A program made the translations under genes and the position numbers. The notes under the pieces are model-generated. The model was not told where the DNA came from. It searched no databases and saw only the letters and a list, made by a program, of their open reading frames with translations. A stretch of 64,000 bases of DNA, from positions 1 to 64,000 of the forward strand of contig JAQGDQ010000939.1 of the NCBI GenBank assembly GCA_030141605.1. The letters run 5' to 3'. Below, in pieces: positions 38,001 through 64,000 of the stretch. The first letter of the stretch is position 1. Each line of letters starts with the position of its first letter. The stretch comes from Tubiluchus corallicola. Lineage: Eukaryota; Animalia; Priapulida.

Positions 38001-38958
38001 TGAGAGCCGAAGAAGCGATGTCAAGCAAACCCAGACATGAGTGTAGTGACCAATGACATGTTTTTGTTATCTTAGCATCCACTGTGCATTTCAGGATAGC
38101 TCCAGCTTGTTTGGTGAGATGAAGTAGGATGTATATCCAGCCCATGCCATTTAGTCGAAAAAAAATCCTAGTGTTTTTGGCCACTGTTCCAATCATATAC
38201 CTCAAGATTGCTCGGTGTACGAGGCTTCCATGCCAAATGTACGAGGACTTGATGGCTTCACTTTGACTAGACAATACTTTGATGTAATCAAGGGTTCTGT
38301 TCTGTCGTTTCTGTGTCTCCTCTCGAGAGGTTGCGCACCGCCCTGTATAAGTTAGTGTCAAGATACTGAACACAGATTTAATTGACATTAAAATTAAGTT
38401 TCAAAAAGTATCTGCCGTATTGTTAATCAAAATTTGCGTAAGCAGAATTGTGCATTATAATACCTTTAAACGGCTGCACTTGAAGACAGACCTGAATTAT
38501 TGCACTGATCGGTTAAATAATGTTCACTGTCTGCACTGTGAGCTTAACACTCAATGCTAGAAACACTTCAACAATTTACAATAAAAAAAGTTGTCATTCT
38601 CTCTATTAACAGTGATGATCTAGAAGCAACAGTTGAACTCCTCCTCAAACAATTCAACTGATAGATACTACTGCTGGTGACACTCCCAAAATGCACTTGG
38701 TCGGCACCCAAACACAACCGGTCAACGTCCGACCAACGACTAATCTGATATTGAGTTCAAGATCTTGTTAAGTGAAGCTGCGTCTTAGCATGGCCAGAAG
38801 ACGAAAAGACCCGATCATCATCACAGTATTGTCCCGAAGAGAACACAACGATTATTTCCACACACGTGTGTAAGTCGTCTTCAGTTCTGTTTAAAGTTCT
38901 CATAACATAGTTTAAGTAGCCTGTACAATTTTCTGGAAAATTCTCTGAAAGTCGGCGA

Positions 38959-51942
<12,984 letters not shown>

Positions 51943-52132
51943 TTCTTGCAGAAGATGAATCTGAAATAAACAGTGAGGTTAATCAGTGAGTCAGTGAGTT
52001 AGTGGTGTAGAAACTCATAGGAGTGCTGTTCCATTGTTCTGTCTGCAATTGGATGAGCATCCAAGACTATTTCAAGGAAATAATTCAAAGTTATAATTCT
52101 TAAATATAGTGAAATTTTTTAATTCCATCCCG

Positions 52133-52500
52133 AAAATGATGATGATGACAATCACTCTTCCCCAAAAGATGATGATGATAATTACTCTTCCCTAGGTGAT
52201 GATGATTACTCTTCCCCAAATGATGATGATAATCACTCTTCCCCAAATGATGATGACAATCACTCTTCCCCAAATGATGATGATAATCATTTTTCCCCAA
52301 ATGATGATGACAATCACTTTTCCCCAAATGATGATGATAATTACTCTTCCCCAAATGATGATGATAATTACTCTTCCCAAATAACGATAATAAGCACTCT
52401 TCCCCAAATGATAATGACAAACACTCTTCCCCAAATGATGATGATAATCACTCTTCCCTAAGTGATGATGATTACTCTTCCCCAAAGGATGATAATTACT
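52133..52500. repeat. ~30-bp minisatellite (tcactcttccccaaatgatgatgataa), ~12 copies
   Basis: Directly visible. Confidence 0.92.
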
Positions 52501-52985
52501 CATTTGTTTTAAAATAAAATACATATTATAACTGCAATAATTTTAGACATATACAGTTTTCTTTTAATATTGAAATCAACTAATAACACTGTATTAAATT
52601 ATTTTATCATGAAATTTGACGTCAAATTTGTACTGAATCTATATTACACCAGTATTTAAGACTAATATACATTTTCTGTGTATATGTTTACAGAGTGTTT
52701 GTCAGGTTACATGAAGTGTTTGTGTGTTACTGTGTAGATTTGTTTTTGCGTGAATAATTCCTGCTTTTGGGCTAAAAGTTCAATGACTGGAATGTATGGA
52801 TTTCTTTTATTTGTAACAAATAAAATGAGTTTCTACTACTATGTAAGCAAGCTTCTAGTTGCAGACAAAGTTTATCTTAATTATAAGTACACAAAAGCAT
52901 GCAATGAAGATAAGATTCATGAGCATTAAGAAGCATATTAGTTTAATTTTTGGAATTAGTCGAAAATTCATTACTATTAATAAAC

Positions 52986-53024
52986 TATAATAATAATAAT
53001 AATAACAATAACAATAATAATAAT

Positions 53025-53087
<63 letters not shown>

Positions 53088-53176
53088 AATAATAATAGTA
53101 ATAATAATAACAATAATATTAATAATAATAATAAATATAATAATAATAAGAAGAAGAACAACAACAACAATAATAT
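52986..53176. repeat. (AAT/AAC)n microsatellite
   Basis: Directly visible. Confidence 0.95.
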
Positions 53177-53224
53177 ATTGATTTACTTCTATACTATAAC
53201 TAATACTATAACAACTAATACTAT

Positions 53225-53400
53225 AGATTACTTTGTTTAGATCGTTGTAGAAGGACCGGCATCTACTGACTTAGTATGCCATGTTGTGCGCGCTCATATC
53301 CACCCTTGAAGGGATTAATAACCGCAATGTGACGAATGAGGCAGCATTCCCGGTGGTCGTCTATCTATTTACCACTCAGGCTTAGCGCGCTTAACTTATT
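53225..53400 (-). mobile_element. Degenerate 5S-like sequence, possibly a second SINE3 family
   Basis: Minus strand aagttaagcgcgctaagcctgagtggtaaatagatagacgaccaccgggaatgc resembles the 5S internal control region; the body differs from the 23497 SINE. Confidence 0.4.
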
Positions 53401-53670
53401 CACCGAGACAACTGACCTAATCTTCACGCCTCTGTTCCCTACATGCGAAAGACTTCAATTAGCAACTCTTACCTTTGCAGCTTAAGCCGCTAAGCGCTTT
53501 CTTTTGAGAAAACTAACATGTACACGAGATCTTGGTCAATATTGACCTCACAAACTAACATGTACACGAGAGCTTTTTCATTATAGATCTCTCACAGGTT
53601 AGTGTGATGGTTGAAGCGCAACAATCAGCTTTTAATAACGGGTCAGTGCTGCTAGACATCGAAATTTACT

Positions 53671-54720
53671 GTAAGTAAGTAAGTTTATTTTACTTCGATT
53701 TTCATTACATACAAAGAACATTACAAAGGGACCATTCAATCAACTTAGAAAAATCAAGCACAAATTTTGATTTTGCAAACCCCTTGGTCACAGATACTGT
53801 AAGAACTTTACACAATCCCCTCAGCAGGTGGAGGCCCCTCGGGGTCCTCAACCCATAAAGCTCATGCCTTAATCCGGTACTACTAAAAATAATAACAACT
53901 ACAAATTAAAACGATAAACAAAATTATTTTAGATCTACGCTTATACTAAAAAAGACCAATTTACACATATATTAATAAGACCACGTTTCTAAGTATTTCT
54001 TGACTTTGCAGGAGAAAACAGCATGGCGACGTTCTAACATGATTATTAACCCTTTCATACCCGTTGTATCCCGTGGGATACAAGAATATTTTCTGTCTTT
54101 ATAATTACTAAAATGTTAAAACAGACAGTTATTTGATCTGTTAATAGTTATTTTGATTTAAGCCAATAACAATAGACTAAAAATGGTGCTAAAATGGCAA
54201 ACTAGAAAATCTACATAGCATAAAAAACTGCGCAAGGTACAGTACTTTAGAGACGACTTTGTACAGATCAGCACAGCGTGCATACTAAATGTCTTAAATA
54301 CTTTAAAAAATTATCAGCAGTTGCAAAATGAAGCACATTTTAAGCTTCCATTGAATCCCAATGTATCCCGTGGGATACGGGCTATATTTAGCACGCGGGC
54401 ACAGGTAGAAAAAAATAATTATTATGTGTAAACAAGATGTACATACTGAACAAAAGTACCAAGCCAAAAAAATTTTCTTATTAAAAAATAATTTGGGACT
54501 GAAAGGGTTAAGATCATTCCAGAGTTTGGATCCCTGATGGATAAACGAATTTATTATATTTCTTGTAGTTTTGACTAACGGGATTATTAATTTGAAATCG
54601 CCTCTTAAAGAATATATATAAAGAATATGTGTTTCTCTTCTCAAACGTTTGACATATATAAGACAGGTTGATGTTATGAACTGATTTATACACTTCTTTA
54701 AGCACGCTATATTTCTACGA
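53671..54720 (-). mobile_element. CR1/L2-group LINE 3' remnant interrupted by MITE C
   Basis: NSFIHQGSKLWNDL continues after the MITE as NNHVRTSP; AATAAA plus (ctta)n tail at ~53671-53690. Confidence 0.7.
54046..54511. mobile_element. piggyBac-type MITE family C, copy 3
   Basis: TTAA-ccctttca ... tgaaaggg-TTAA. Confidence 0.9.
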
Positions 54721-54936
54721 TACTTACAGTAATTGTGCTTGGCGCTTTGGCCTTTAACAATGTTATGTGGCTGTAATTGCCCCTCGGAAAGTTGTTAATT
54801 TGTACAGGCCACTGGTTTGCTGATTTCTGACCGGTCTAAGTACTTCTAAATAGTCAAATAACTTTAGAAAACACAAGTTCTAGCACGTTTTATAAACACG
54901 AGAGGAGTTTGTTTGCAATGGCTGTGTTCAAATGAA

Positions 54937-55315
54937 TCCAGGTAAAAATTCATGGGAAAAACGTCATAGAAAAAAGTCACAGATAAAAAAGTTACAGGTA
55001 AAAAAGTCACAGAAAAATGTCACAGCTAAAAAAGCCACAGAAAAAGGTCACAGGTAAAAAGTCACAGAAAAAGGTCACAGATAAAAAGTTACAGAAAAAG
55101 GTCACAGGAAAAGGCCGCAGATAAAAAAGTTACAGAAAAAAATCAAGGGAAAAATGGAGTAGGAAAAGGTTACAGAAAAAAGTCACAGATAAAAAAGTTA
55201 CAGAAAACGGTCACAGATAAAAAAGTTACAGAAAAAGGTCACAGATAAAAAAGTTACAGAAAAAGGTCACAGGAAAAAAAGGCAGAGGCAAAATGTCACA
55301 GAATAAAGTCACAAC
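54937..55315. repeat. 13-15 bp minisatellite (aaaaagtcacag)
   Basis: Directly visible; same motif as the subterminal repeat at 30317. Confidence 0.88.
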
Positions 55316-57225
55316 GAAGCCATGTAAAATCAAAAAGAAACAAGTTCTACAGTAAGTTTATAATAAAACAATTTGAGTAATCATAACGAGGGGTAGGATT
55401 TTAAGTTGTAAAAGTTTACATGCTACTGAGAGTTTAGTCTGACTTTAAGTTTTGCCATTGTTATAATTAACATGCGCTTTTATTAGGTCATTGTCTACAG
55501 CCTTATTGCAGCTTTCGTGCAACAATTACACGTGACATCCGGAAATGGCCAGACACTAATACGTTTATTGATCTTGCCAAACCAGAAAATTCACCATATA
55601 GAACCTGAATTACTTGTTGACTCATCGTAACCGCCACCGTCACAAACAGGCACAAACCTATTCTTAGGTGAGTTGAAAATAGAGTTAAAAACCTTCTTTA
55701 GAAAAATCAAATGCTGCGGGTGTTCTTAATTAAATTTATTCACCTGTAGATGTCGCTGTATTCCGACCAGCCAAGCCGTGACGTCATGTATTTTCTAGAA
55801 TTAACGTAATTATATTTACAGGTAAAATTTGTCTTAAAGGAAGACAGGATGATTTTTCATATACTACCCCACTTTCTAATCCGACAAAAAGTAGGCATTT
55901 TAACAGAATTAATAATGCAGAAGTGTTTCTGATAATTAAATAATAGATTAAAACTTGATTAACGGCTTGTGAACCCAACTATTGATGACATTACAAACTA
56001 ACATAATTTTCAGCAGCAAAAATATTCCGCGAGCGTGTTGCACGTGCTTGCTAAAGCGAAAATTGAAGTACAGTGCTACTGTAAGATATTCAGTGTGTTG
56101 TAGTAAAACTAGGCAAGTTTTAAGATAAAAATTCAAATTTACCTCTGTGCTCACGCATGAGCTGTCGAACATGTGTAGTTCGTCACAAACGAGCACATCT
56201 GAACTGAAAAGTACAGCACCTGTTTTTGTGCAATGCGTTTCCGAAATGCACGCGCTAGTGTCCGTCTAACTAGCGAATGGTAAAATGCGTGTAACAGCGA
56301 AGAACTAGTGACGCGAACGTGAAATTGTGTTTGTAAAAAAGATTGTCGGTGAGGCAGTACCGGTGATTTAGACTACTATAGAAGAGAACAAAGTCCTAAT
56401 TACTCCTTTAGGACCATAGGCGTTTACTGCATTTTACATGGGTTCATGAAAAACTGCTCTCTCTAAGCAGCGATTATGTTATATTTGCTAATTTTTGTAG
56501 GTTTCTACTCCTCACACAATGGATTTTCATGCAAAGCTATATATGAAATGCATTTGCTTATATTAGACAAATTAAAAATCGATTTTTCACGAAAAAACTT
56601 GAAAAAAATCTTTCACTAACTGCAGCGTCTGCATTGTAACAATGTACAGTTTCACTTTACCATGTGAAATCGGTTAATGCAGGTCAACTATCCAGACACA
56701 ACACTCTGATTCACTTTTGCCTAAAGTCTACTCTATTTTTAAGGAGAAATTCTTGTGTAAAAGATGAAATGACCTTAACTTGTTCTTGCTAGATCAGTTG
56801 GTTTTTCCTGGAAGAGCGGCAGAACACTGCACAGCTTGGGCTGTAGCAAGCAGGCGATCAATAAAATAGTGTGTACGATCACTCAAGTGTACACCAGACC
56901 AAGCTACTCCATAGACTAAGTTGGCATGCCTGAAAAAGGCGGTTTTCTTTATCCAATTAAATCACTTTAAATGTTTCAACAAATAACACGATTGGATAGC
57001 CGTTATTCTCCTGAATAGAACAGTGCCTAATTTGTAATCATTTAGTTATGTCTGTGCTCATACAGTAGCAGAAAATTATAGATTTTCTAAGGCCTATTTT
57101 GAATGTACTTTATCTAATGAAATATGAAATTGTCAAGCGTTACAAAACGAACAGAACTAACAACGCACTAAATGTCAAAATTAATTAGCATGACTTTGTG
57201 CTAAAAATAAACCACGGGCGTGCCT

Positions 57226-57687
57226 TTAACCCTTTCAGACCCATTGTATCCCGAGGGATACGAGAATATTTTTTGCCTTTAAAATTAATAAAATTTTAAA
57301 ACTGACAGTCATTTGGTCTGTTAATAGTTATTTTGATTTAAGCCAATAACAATAGTCTAAAAATAGTGATAAAATGGCAAACTAGAAAATCTACATGGCG
57401 CAAAAAACTGTGTAAGGTACAGTAGTTTAGAGATGACTTCGTACAGATCAGCATAGCATGCATACTAAATGTCTTAAATACTTTTAAAAATTATCAACAG
57501 TTGCAAAATGAAGCACATTTTATGCTTCCAATGAATCCCAATGTATCCCGTGGGATACAGGCTATATTTAGCACGCGGGCACAAGTAGAAAAAAATAATT
57601 ATTATGTGTAAACAAGATGGACATACTGAAGTACCAAGCCAAAATTTTTTTCTTATTAAAAAAATAATTTGGGACTGAAAGGGTTAA
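57226..57687. mobile_element. piggyBac-type MITE family C, copy 4
   Basis: TTAA-ccctttca ... tgaaaggg-TTAA. Confidence 0.9.
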
Positions 57688-58679
57688 ACTTGTTAAGAAC
57701 ACCTCTTAAAAACCAATAATCCGTTCTGCGCGAACTAGTAACAGGCAGCCCTCAGGATGTAATCTCACGAACACGAATTACTTGATAAGCAATTTATTGA
57801 TTATGTAATTTATCGTCCTTGAAAGAACGGAACAGTTTATTTTGAGACATTTTTGGTATCACTCAAGCATCCAGTTCACCTTGTTATCATAATGAACAGA
57901 GACACTTGCAATACGTTACACAAAGAGGGATCGATTATATTATAGGCTGGTATAGGCTGCTGTCTACCCCCCCCCCCCCCCCAGGGTTTGGTAACATTTG
58001 GAAACAAAACTTTTTTTCACTAAGATTGTTTTGAAATATGTGCTAATTTGGTTTGCAATAAACAGTAAAAAGCGGATGTTTACTGAAGAATGTTTTTATT
58101 GACGAACAAAATATTCTAGTTTATTTAAAGAATTTGCAATAAGCTCTCTTCAAGCTGTGTACATGCCGCTAAAATATGTTACGAGTAAAATGTTCATTCT
58201 TATTCATGATGTATATATATATATGTGTGTGTGTGTGTGGGTGAATTAGGGGGTAGGGGGGCTTCGCCTATGGAAGGCCCCATAATTTCATTAGCTTAGG
58301 GCCTAAAAGATGGTAATCCAGCCTTGCATTTATGGGTTACTAATTTGACAAGTTAGTAAATTTGAGTTTTCAACTAAACTACATTAAATTACAATTATCT
58401 ATTTTTACAAATTTCCTTAGACAAGATTTCACAGGCGGGTTAGAGTAAGAAGAGCTCGTGGAAACGTGAATACGATACACAAAAATCCGATTTTTGTAAC
58501 TAATTAACTGCAAGGTAAGAGAAGTAAATTGTAAAGTATGTCCCAAAAAAACTTTCCATACAAATATTTGTAACTCACTATGGTAGCATTTCGCTTTCTC
58601 GTTGGAAAGACTTACGTAACCAGAAAAGAAAATTATTAATGACTGAACTGTTGTGTAAAAGCTGCACATTTAATAAGAA

Positions 58680-59595
58680 ATTAATACATGTGTATTAATT
58701 TTTCACATGTATGGAATACACATAGATAATAATAATAATACGTATTTAACAAGAAAATCATGTTAATACATGTGTTTTAATTTTTCATATGTATGGAATA
58801 CACAGAGAAAATAATACACATGTTACAGGAAAGTCATGTTAATACACGTGTATTAATTTTGCACATGTATGGAATATACATAGAAAATAATACATATGAT
58901 ACAAGAAAGTCATGTTAATACATGTGTATTAATTTTTCACATGTATGGAATACATATAGAATATAACACACATGTAACAAGAAAATCATGTTAAGACATG
59001 TGTATTAATTTTTCACATGTATGGAATACATATAGAAAATAATACATATGTAACAAGAAAATCATGTTAATACATGTGTATTAATTTTGCACATGTATGG
59101 AATATACATAGGAAATAAAACATATGATACAAGAAAGTCATGTTAATACATGTGTATTAATTTTTCACATGTATGGAATACACATAGATAATAATAATAC
59201 GTATTTAACAAGAAAATCATGTTAATACATGTGTATTAATTTTTCATATGCATGGAATACACATAGAAAATAATACACATGTTACAGGAAAGTCATGTTA
59301 GTACACGTGTATTAATTTTGCACATGTATGGAATATACATAGAAAATAATACATATGATACAAGAAAGTCATGTTAATACATGTGTATTAATTTTTCACA
59401 TGTATGGAATACATATAGAATATAACACACATGCAACAAGAAAATCATGTTAAGACATGTGTATTAATTTTCACATATATGGAATACATATAGAAAATAA
59501 TACATATGTAACAAGAAAATCATGTTAATACATGTGTATTAATTTTTCACATGTATGGAATATACACAGAAAATAATACATATGTAACAAGAGAA
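58680..59595. repeat. ~76-bp satellite, 12 copies with 6-unit higher-order structure
   Basis: Unit begins ttaatacatgtgtattaa (near-palindrome); diagnostic variants recur every sixth unit. Confidence 0.93.
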
Positions 59596-59599
59596 TCTT

Positions 59600-60313
59600 G
59601 TAGACCGTTATTTTATCAATATCACACATTTTGAATGCACGACTCTATTCAGCTTATTGTACCGAATAGACACATTGTTTTGTACATATTATACGTGTCA
59701 TAATAAGAAAGTATGTAAGAGTACTTTATTAAATTCACAGCCCCCAAAAACTGGAATAAAATAATTGCCCAAGTAAAAATACACAAAACTATTTATAGTT
59801 TCAAAAACTACTTGAAAAGGACCATTTTTGATTCATACTTATAATACAATTTTAGTGGTTCCATGTCTCATGCAGTCATACTATATGGCCTCCAATCAAT
59901 TATAATGCTATTTTAATATAGCTCTATGTAAATTAAATTACACTGTGGTCGTTTCTTCCCCTCCCTTCCTCCTTCCTATCCCTAATCTTACTATTTTTTC
60001 TATTCCATCATGTCTACCAACCCTAACCATTCTTTCATTAACTCATCCTCCCCTCCCTTCCTTCTTCCTATCCCTAATCTTACTATTTTTTCCATTCCAT
60101 CATGTCTACTAACCCTAACCATTCTTTCATTCACTCATTTATGCCACCTTAATGTGAAAGCCAAGCTTTCAATGTGTCATACAGCAACTCTTTTACTTGG
60201 TTAACTTGACTTCATCAACGTTTTTTAACCTATACTGTTTCTTTTTGTTTTAATAATATTGTATGTTGATGTACTGTATATGCATTGCTGGATTGAAATA
60301 AATTGATTGATTG
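59600..60313 (+). mobile_element. CR1/L2-group LINE 3' remnant with a ~93-bp tandem duplication in its UTR
   Basis: EYFIKFTAPKNWNKI...YSFKNYLK; AATAAA plus (ttga)n tail. Confidence 0.6.
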
Positions 60314-61370
60314 AAGATACTATATTATAGATATCAGACTAAGTAAAAACCTAAATATTTGAACAATCCACGTTAGCATGCTGTAGTGAAATCTGTCACA
60401 GACGAGTAACATCTATAAACACGAAATCGGACGTTCAACTCTAATCAACACCTCGCCCCCTATCCCAAAAAATCCACCCTTTCCCAACTCGCAAATGTTC
60501 TCTAATACAAACGGGTAAAGATGATGAAAGAACATACCGGAAACTAGCGAAATATCCAAATTGTTTGACCGGAAATTATCACAAAAATAAAAAATTCTCG
60601 TGCTGCACTGTCGAACCGTTCTCCATGTCTAAAGGAAAATTCAGGCTTGGGTGACTGGTTGAGTGTTAGACCTGGTTAGACGAATTACACCCACGGGGGG
60701 AGGGTGTAGATTCGTGCCTTTTCATACCAGAACACAAAACTCATATCTACAGCAAGCTTTCTTACTGCTTGTAATCAATTACTCTATCACAAATTTGAGA
60801 CATAATTTTTCTAATAAATATTCTGATATTTAATAAGCACAGCTGGTCACTGCAGTACAGCAGAACGCTCATTGTCCTCACCCCATAAAAGCTGCATGCC
60901 ATGTTTGAAACTGGTTCTGCTCACCGAAACAACCCACCCATTCGTAAGTTTATGCCGCCGGGGTGACAGAGCGCGCAGGGCGGTTCCATTTTCTTTTCGA
61001 GGGAGGCGATACGTAGCCCGGAATACGTGGAAAATCTAGTTCCCTTGCGTATCTCGAGTTTTACGAGATAGCAGCTCTTCATGGCAGCTCTTAAACAACA
61101 GAGCAAGCAGAATGGGGTGACTAACTCCTCCAAGTTTTGATGTCACTGCCGATTCGTCCACCCCACAAATTTCCACTTCCACCTCGGCAGGGAGAAAATG
61201 CTGTTTCTTCACATTCCACGAAATCTCTCAAGTTCATTCATACGAGGGCATCATTACTCACAAGTTGTAACAAGAGAGCGGGGGGGGGGGGGTGGCATTT
61301 GATGCCAACGAAAAAACACGTATCACACGCCTGATTACTCGTGTTAATATAATATATATAATATTATATC

Positions 61371-61748
61371 TATTTTAAATTATATGTATATATTGTATAT
61401 AGTTTATTATAATTTCCGTGTAATATTACAATGTATATTTTGTTTTAAATTTTTGGCACAGTAGTTTTTAGTTTCCACTGGACGCATTTGCCTTTAACAG
61501 GTGTGTATATATATATATTATATATATATATATATAATCTTTATTTGCCATAAAAATCGATATTCATAACTATAAAAGCATAAAAGAACATCGCAGCATG
61601 AGAATAAAATTCACACAACTGTTAAAGGCAAATGCGTCCAGTGCAAACTAAAAACTACTGTGCCAAAAATTTAAAACAAAAATATACATTATAAATTTAC
61701 ACGCAAATTATAATAGACTATATACAATATATACATATAATTTAAAAT
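61371..61748. repeat. Inverted repeat (~130-bp arms) from two tail-to-tail LINE 3' UTRs
   Basis: 61371-61500 is the reverse complement of 61619-61748. Confidence 0.85.
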
Positions 61749-62200
61749 GGACGTGGGTAAGTAAAATTTGTGGATGAATATATATTATCGTTTATGTATG
61801 TTGGGTTTTCAAATCGGTTAATATATGTATTTTTAATTTTGATTTGAATTCGTCGAAAGACTCGATTTGTTTTAAATTTGATGGCAGGATATTCCAAAGT
61901 TGAACTCCTTGTTTAGTGATGTTCTTGGATTTAATGTTGACTCCAAGAGGACTGGAAGCTTATTTTTGATGAAGGGCGCGTTAATGTTGTTGATGTATTT
62001 ATATAAAAACAGGATTGTGTAGTAATATTTATGTGCTTGTAAAATTGGGATTTTAAAAATTCTGTTGTAGATATTAGATTTGTTATGAGAGACGTTTTAT
62101 TTGAATAGCCAGAGACAAATCTTAATGCATAATTTGGAAGACTATTTAGTTTGTTATAGCTGTCTCTTGAATCTTTAAAATGTTAAAATTACTTTACAAT
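61520..62200 (-). mobile_element. CR1/L2-group LINE 3' remnant
   Basis: KSKNITKQGVQLWNILPSNLKQIESFDEFKSKLK. Confidence 0.7.
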
Positions 62201-62542
62201 GTATATAAATATAGATCTAAAGTGCCAGATATTCCTCAGATATAACTTGAATTTTGATAGAAAGGTAATTAAAACATTAATACATTAATATTACATGTAA
62301 TTTGACATTAAATGTTGCTATAATTATCTTTAAATTATTGGTTATAATTATATATATATATATATATATATACATATATGTTTGCAATTTGCAATTAATA
62401 TAAAGCCTAAAGCTGCATGTAATTAATTACTAAACTCCTAATTAGTACCAACGACCATCTAATTACTTAATCTGTATAGATAAACCAACACTTGAAACTG
62501 CTAGATTGATCACGTGGGAGGTATTGGAATTCAATTAATTAA

Positions 62543-62609
62543 GACTGTGTAGTCTAGTGGCCTTGGCATCTGTAAAGTAAAGCCCCTGGTTCAAATACAG
62601 GCTCTGTCA
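62543..62609 (+). mobile_element. Possible tRNA-derived SINE head (degenerate)
   Basis: A-box-like tagtctagtgg and B-box-like ggttcaaatac; no complete cloverleaf. Confidence 0.35.
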
Positions 62610-63055
62610 TAATTCTTCCACGTGGTTTACTACATACGTATGCACATCAAAACCTGGTTAAGATGCCTCTGTAATATTAGTATACATATAGTAACTTTAT
62701 TTGACATTAAAATACATTGATAATTACTTGAAAAATTCTTTACAGAGATGAGCTATAATTATGAGCAACATCAAATACCAAGATTTCATTTTATATTAAC
62801 AAAGTTGTAAGCGACTGTACATATTAGAATAGACAATTTCTTATCTCATTAGTTTAAAAACTATTAGTTAATTATCAATTTACACAGGCGCCTCCCAGTG
62901 TCGTAAAAAGTAAACAAGTTCTACTGAAAACTTGTAGAATGTTAAAAAGGTTGTCACAAATGTTACGACAGCAGTAGAAAGGTTTGAGAAACGCTTTTAA
63001 CATTTTTTAAACTTTAAATAATTTTTAATAAATTTTTTCTCCTTTTTGTGAATTA

Positions 63056-63483
63056 CCGTATTTTCCCGTGTATAAGAGACCCTTGGCAAAAATTCTGGAA
63101 AAAAGTTTTTTCAGACGGACATTTTTAGAGGGTAAAGTACAACTTTTTTCAACTCAGTGCGGTACTGAAAACAAAATAAAACCAGTTAATGTGTTGTAGA
63201 AAAAGAGTACTGGTATATATTAAAGTGCGTACCTGCAAACCTGTAACAGGAAAAGAGAAAACGAGGAGATAATGCCTGTGTCACGATGCTTGTATTGCTT
63301 ACAACTGCTTCATAGTCGAACGCGACACGCAAAACAGTTGTAGAGCACTTATTTCTTTAAAATCATTAGTGTCACAATTTATGCATCTTATTGAAAAGAC
63401 TTACTCCCATGTATAAGAGACCCCCTATTTTTAAAGTGAAAATTCTGAGCAAAAAAGGGTCTCTTATACACGGGAAAATACGG
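63056..63483. mobile_element. Tc1/mariner (pogo-like) MITE
   Basis: Perfect 27-bp TIR ccgtattttcccgtgtataagagaccc flanked by TA on both sides. Confidence 0.92.
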
Positions 63484-64000
63484 TACCTAATATTATAATA
63501 CAATAACAAACTCATAACTATTCTATTTAGTCACATACTCAAATTTCACTACATATTTTTTTTACTCCATGTTTCTGCACTAGTTCTTGCGTTCCATAGC
63601 ACTTTATCATTACGCATAACATAGTTTGACACGGTTGCATATCTTTGTTTCATTATATTTTGTTCCAGTTTATCATGCTTATTTTGTTTCATTCACTGAT
63701 TTATTATTTATGTTTTTTGTGTTTTTTTGGTTTGACTTTTTTCTAGTTTTTTATGTTTTAATCGGTTAGTTAAATGCTTTACATATTTTGTTAATCATCA
63801 TTTCATATTTTTCATTTTATTTCTTTGTTGCATAGCTTACTTAGCTATTTCGCTTTCATGTTTAATGTATCCCCCCCCCCCATAAATTCATGTTAACAGC
63901 AGCACTACAATAGTTTTACAATTTTCACTAACCTGAGAAGGGTAGCTGACTCGATGACCAATTGGTCTTTCGCTACCCTTTCTCCTGCACCCCCCCTTAA

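Noticed and set aside
37927-38388. 153-aa minus-strand ORF
   Set aside because: No convincing domain; probably decayed retroelement sequence overlapping a dispersed repeat.
60600-61334. CpG-richer stretch with short ORFs
   Set aside because: No recognisable motif or splice structure; could be a promoter or TE remnant but cannot be supported.

Overview
AT-rich animal (invertebrate-like) genomic DNA with GT-AG introns, microsatellites and many non-autonomous transposons; no prokaryotic features. Six protein-coding genes can be reconstructed: (1) a ZIP/SLC39 metal transporter with a Cys/His-rich loop (2063-3445, -); (2) a 3-exon, very basic Arg/Ser/Lys-rich protamine-like protein (9680-11724, -); (3,4) two paralogous single-coding-exon class A GPCRs (15007-16032 and 21689-22738, +); (5) a secreted, furin-site-containing EF-hand pro-protein (33448-36874, +) that the ORF track shows only in part; (6) a ~1625-aa class C (mGluR-like) GPCR with 8 coding exons (38959-51942, -). 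The class C receptor is the most unusual element. It has two tandem Venus flytrap modules joined by a mucin-like linker, one with an intact amino-acid-binding signature and one degenerate with an inserted RIKR site. A ~37-copy 33-bp array amplifies its exon end plus splice donor in frame. Also present are a 5S-rRNA-headed SINE with an RTE-like tail, hAT, piggyBac-type, Tc1/mariner and Harbinger-like MITEs, solo-LTR-like elements, LINE remnants and several satellites. All gene models and family calls were read by eye, without alignments or database searches.
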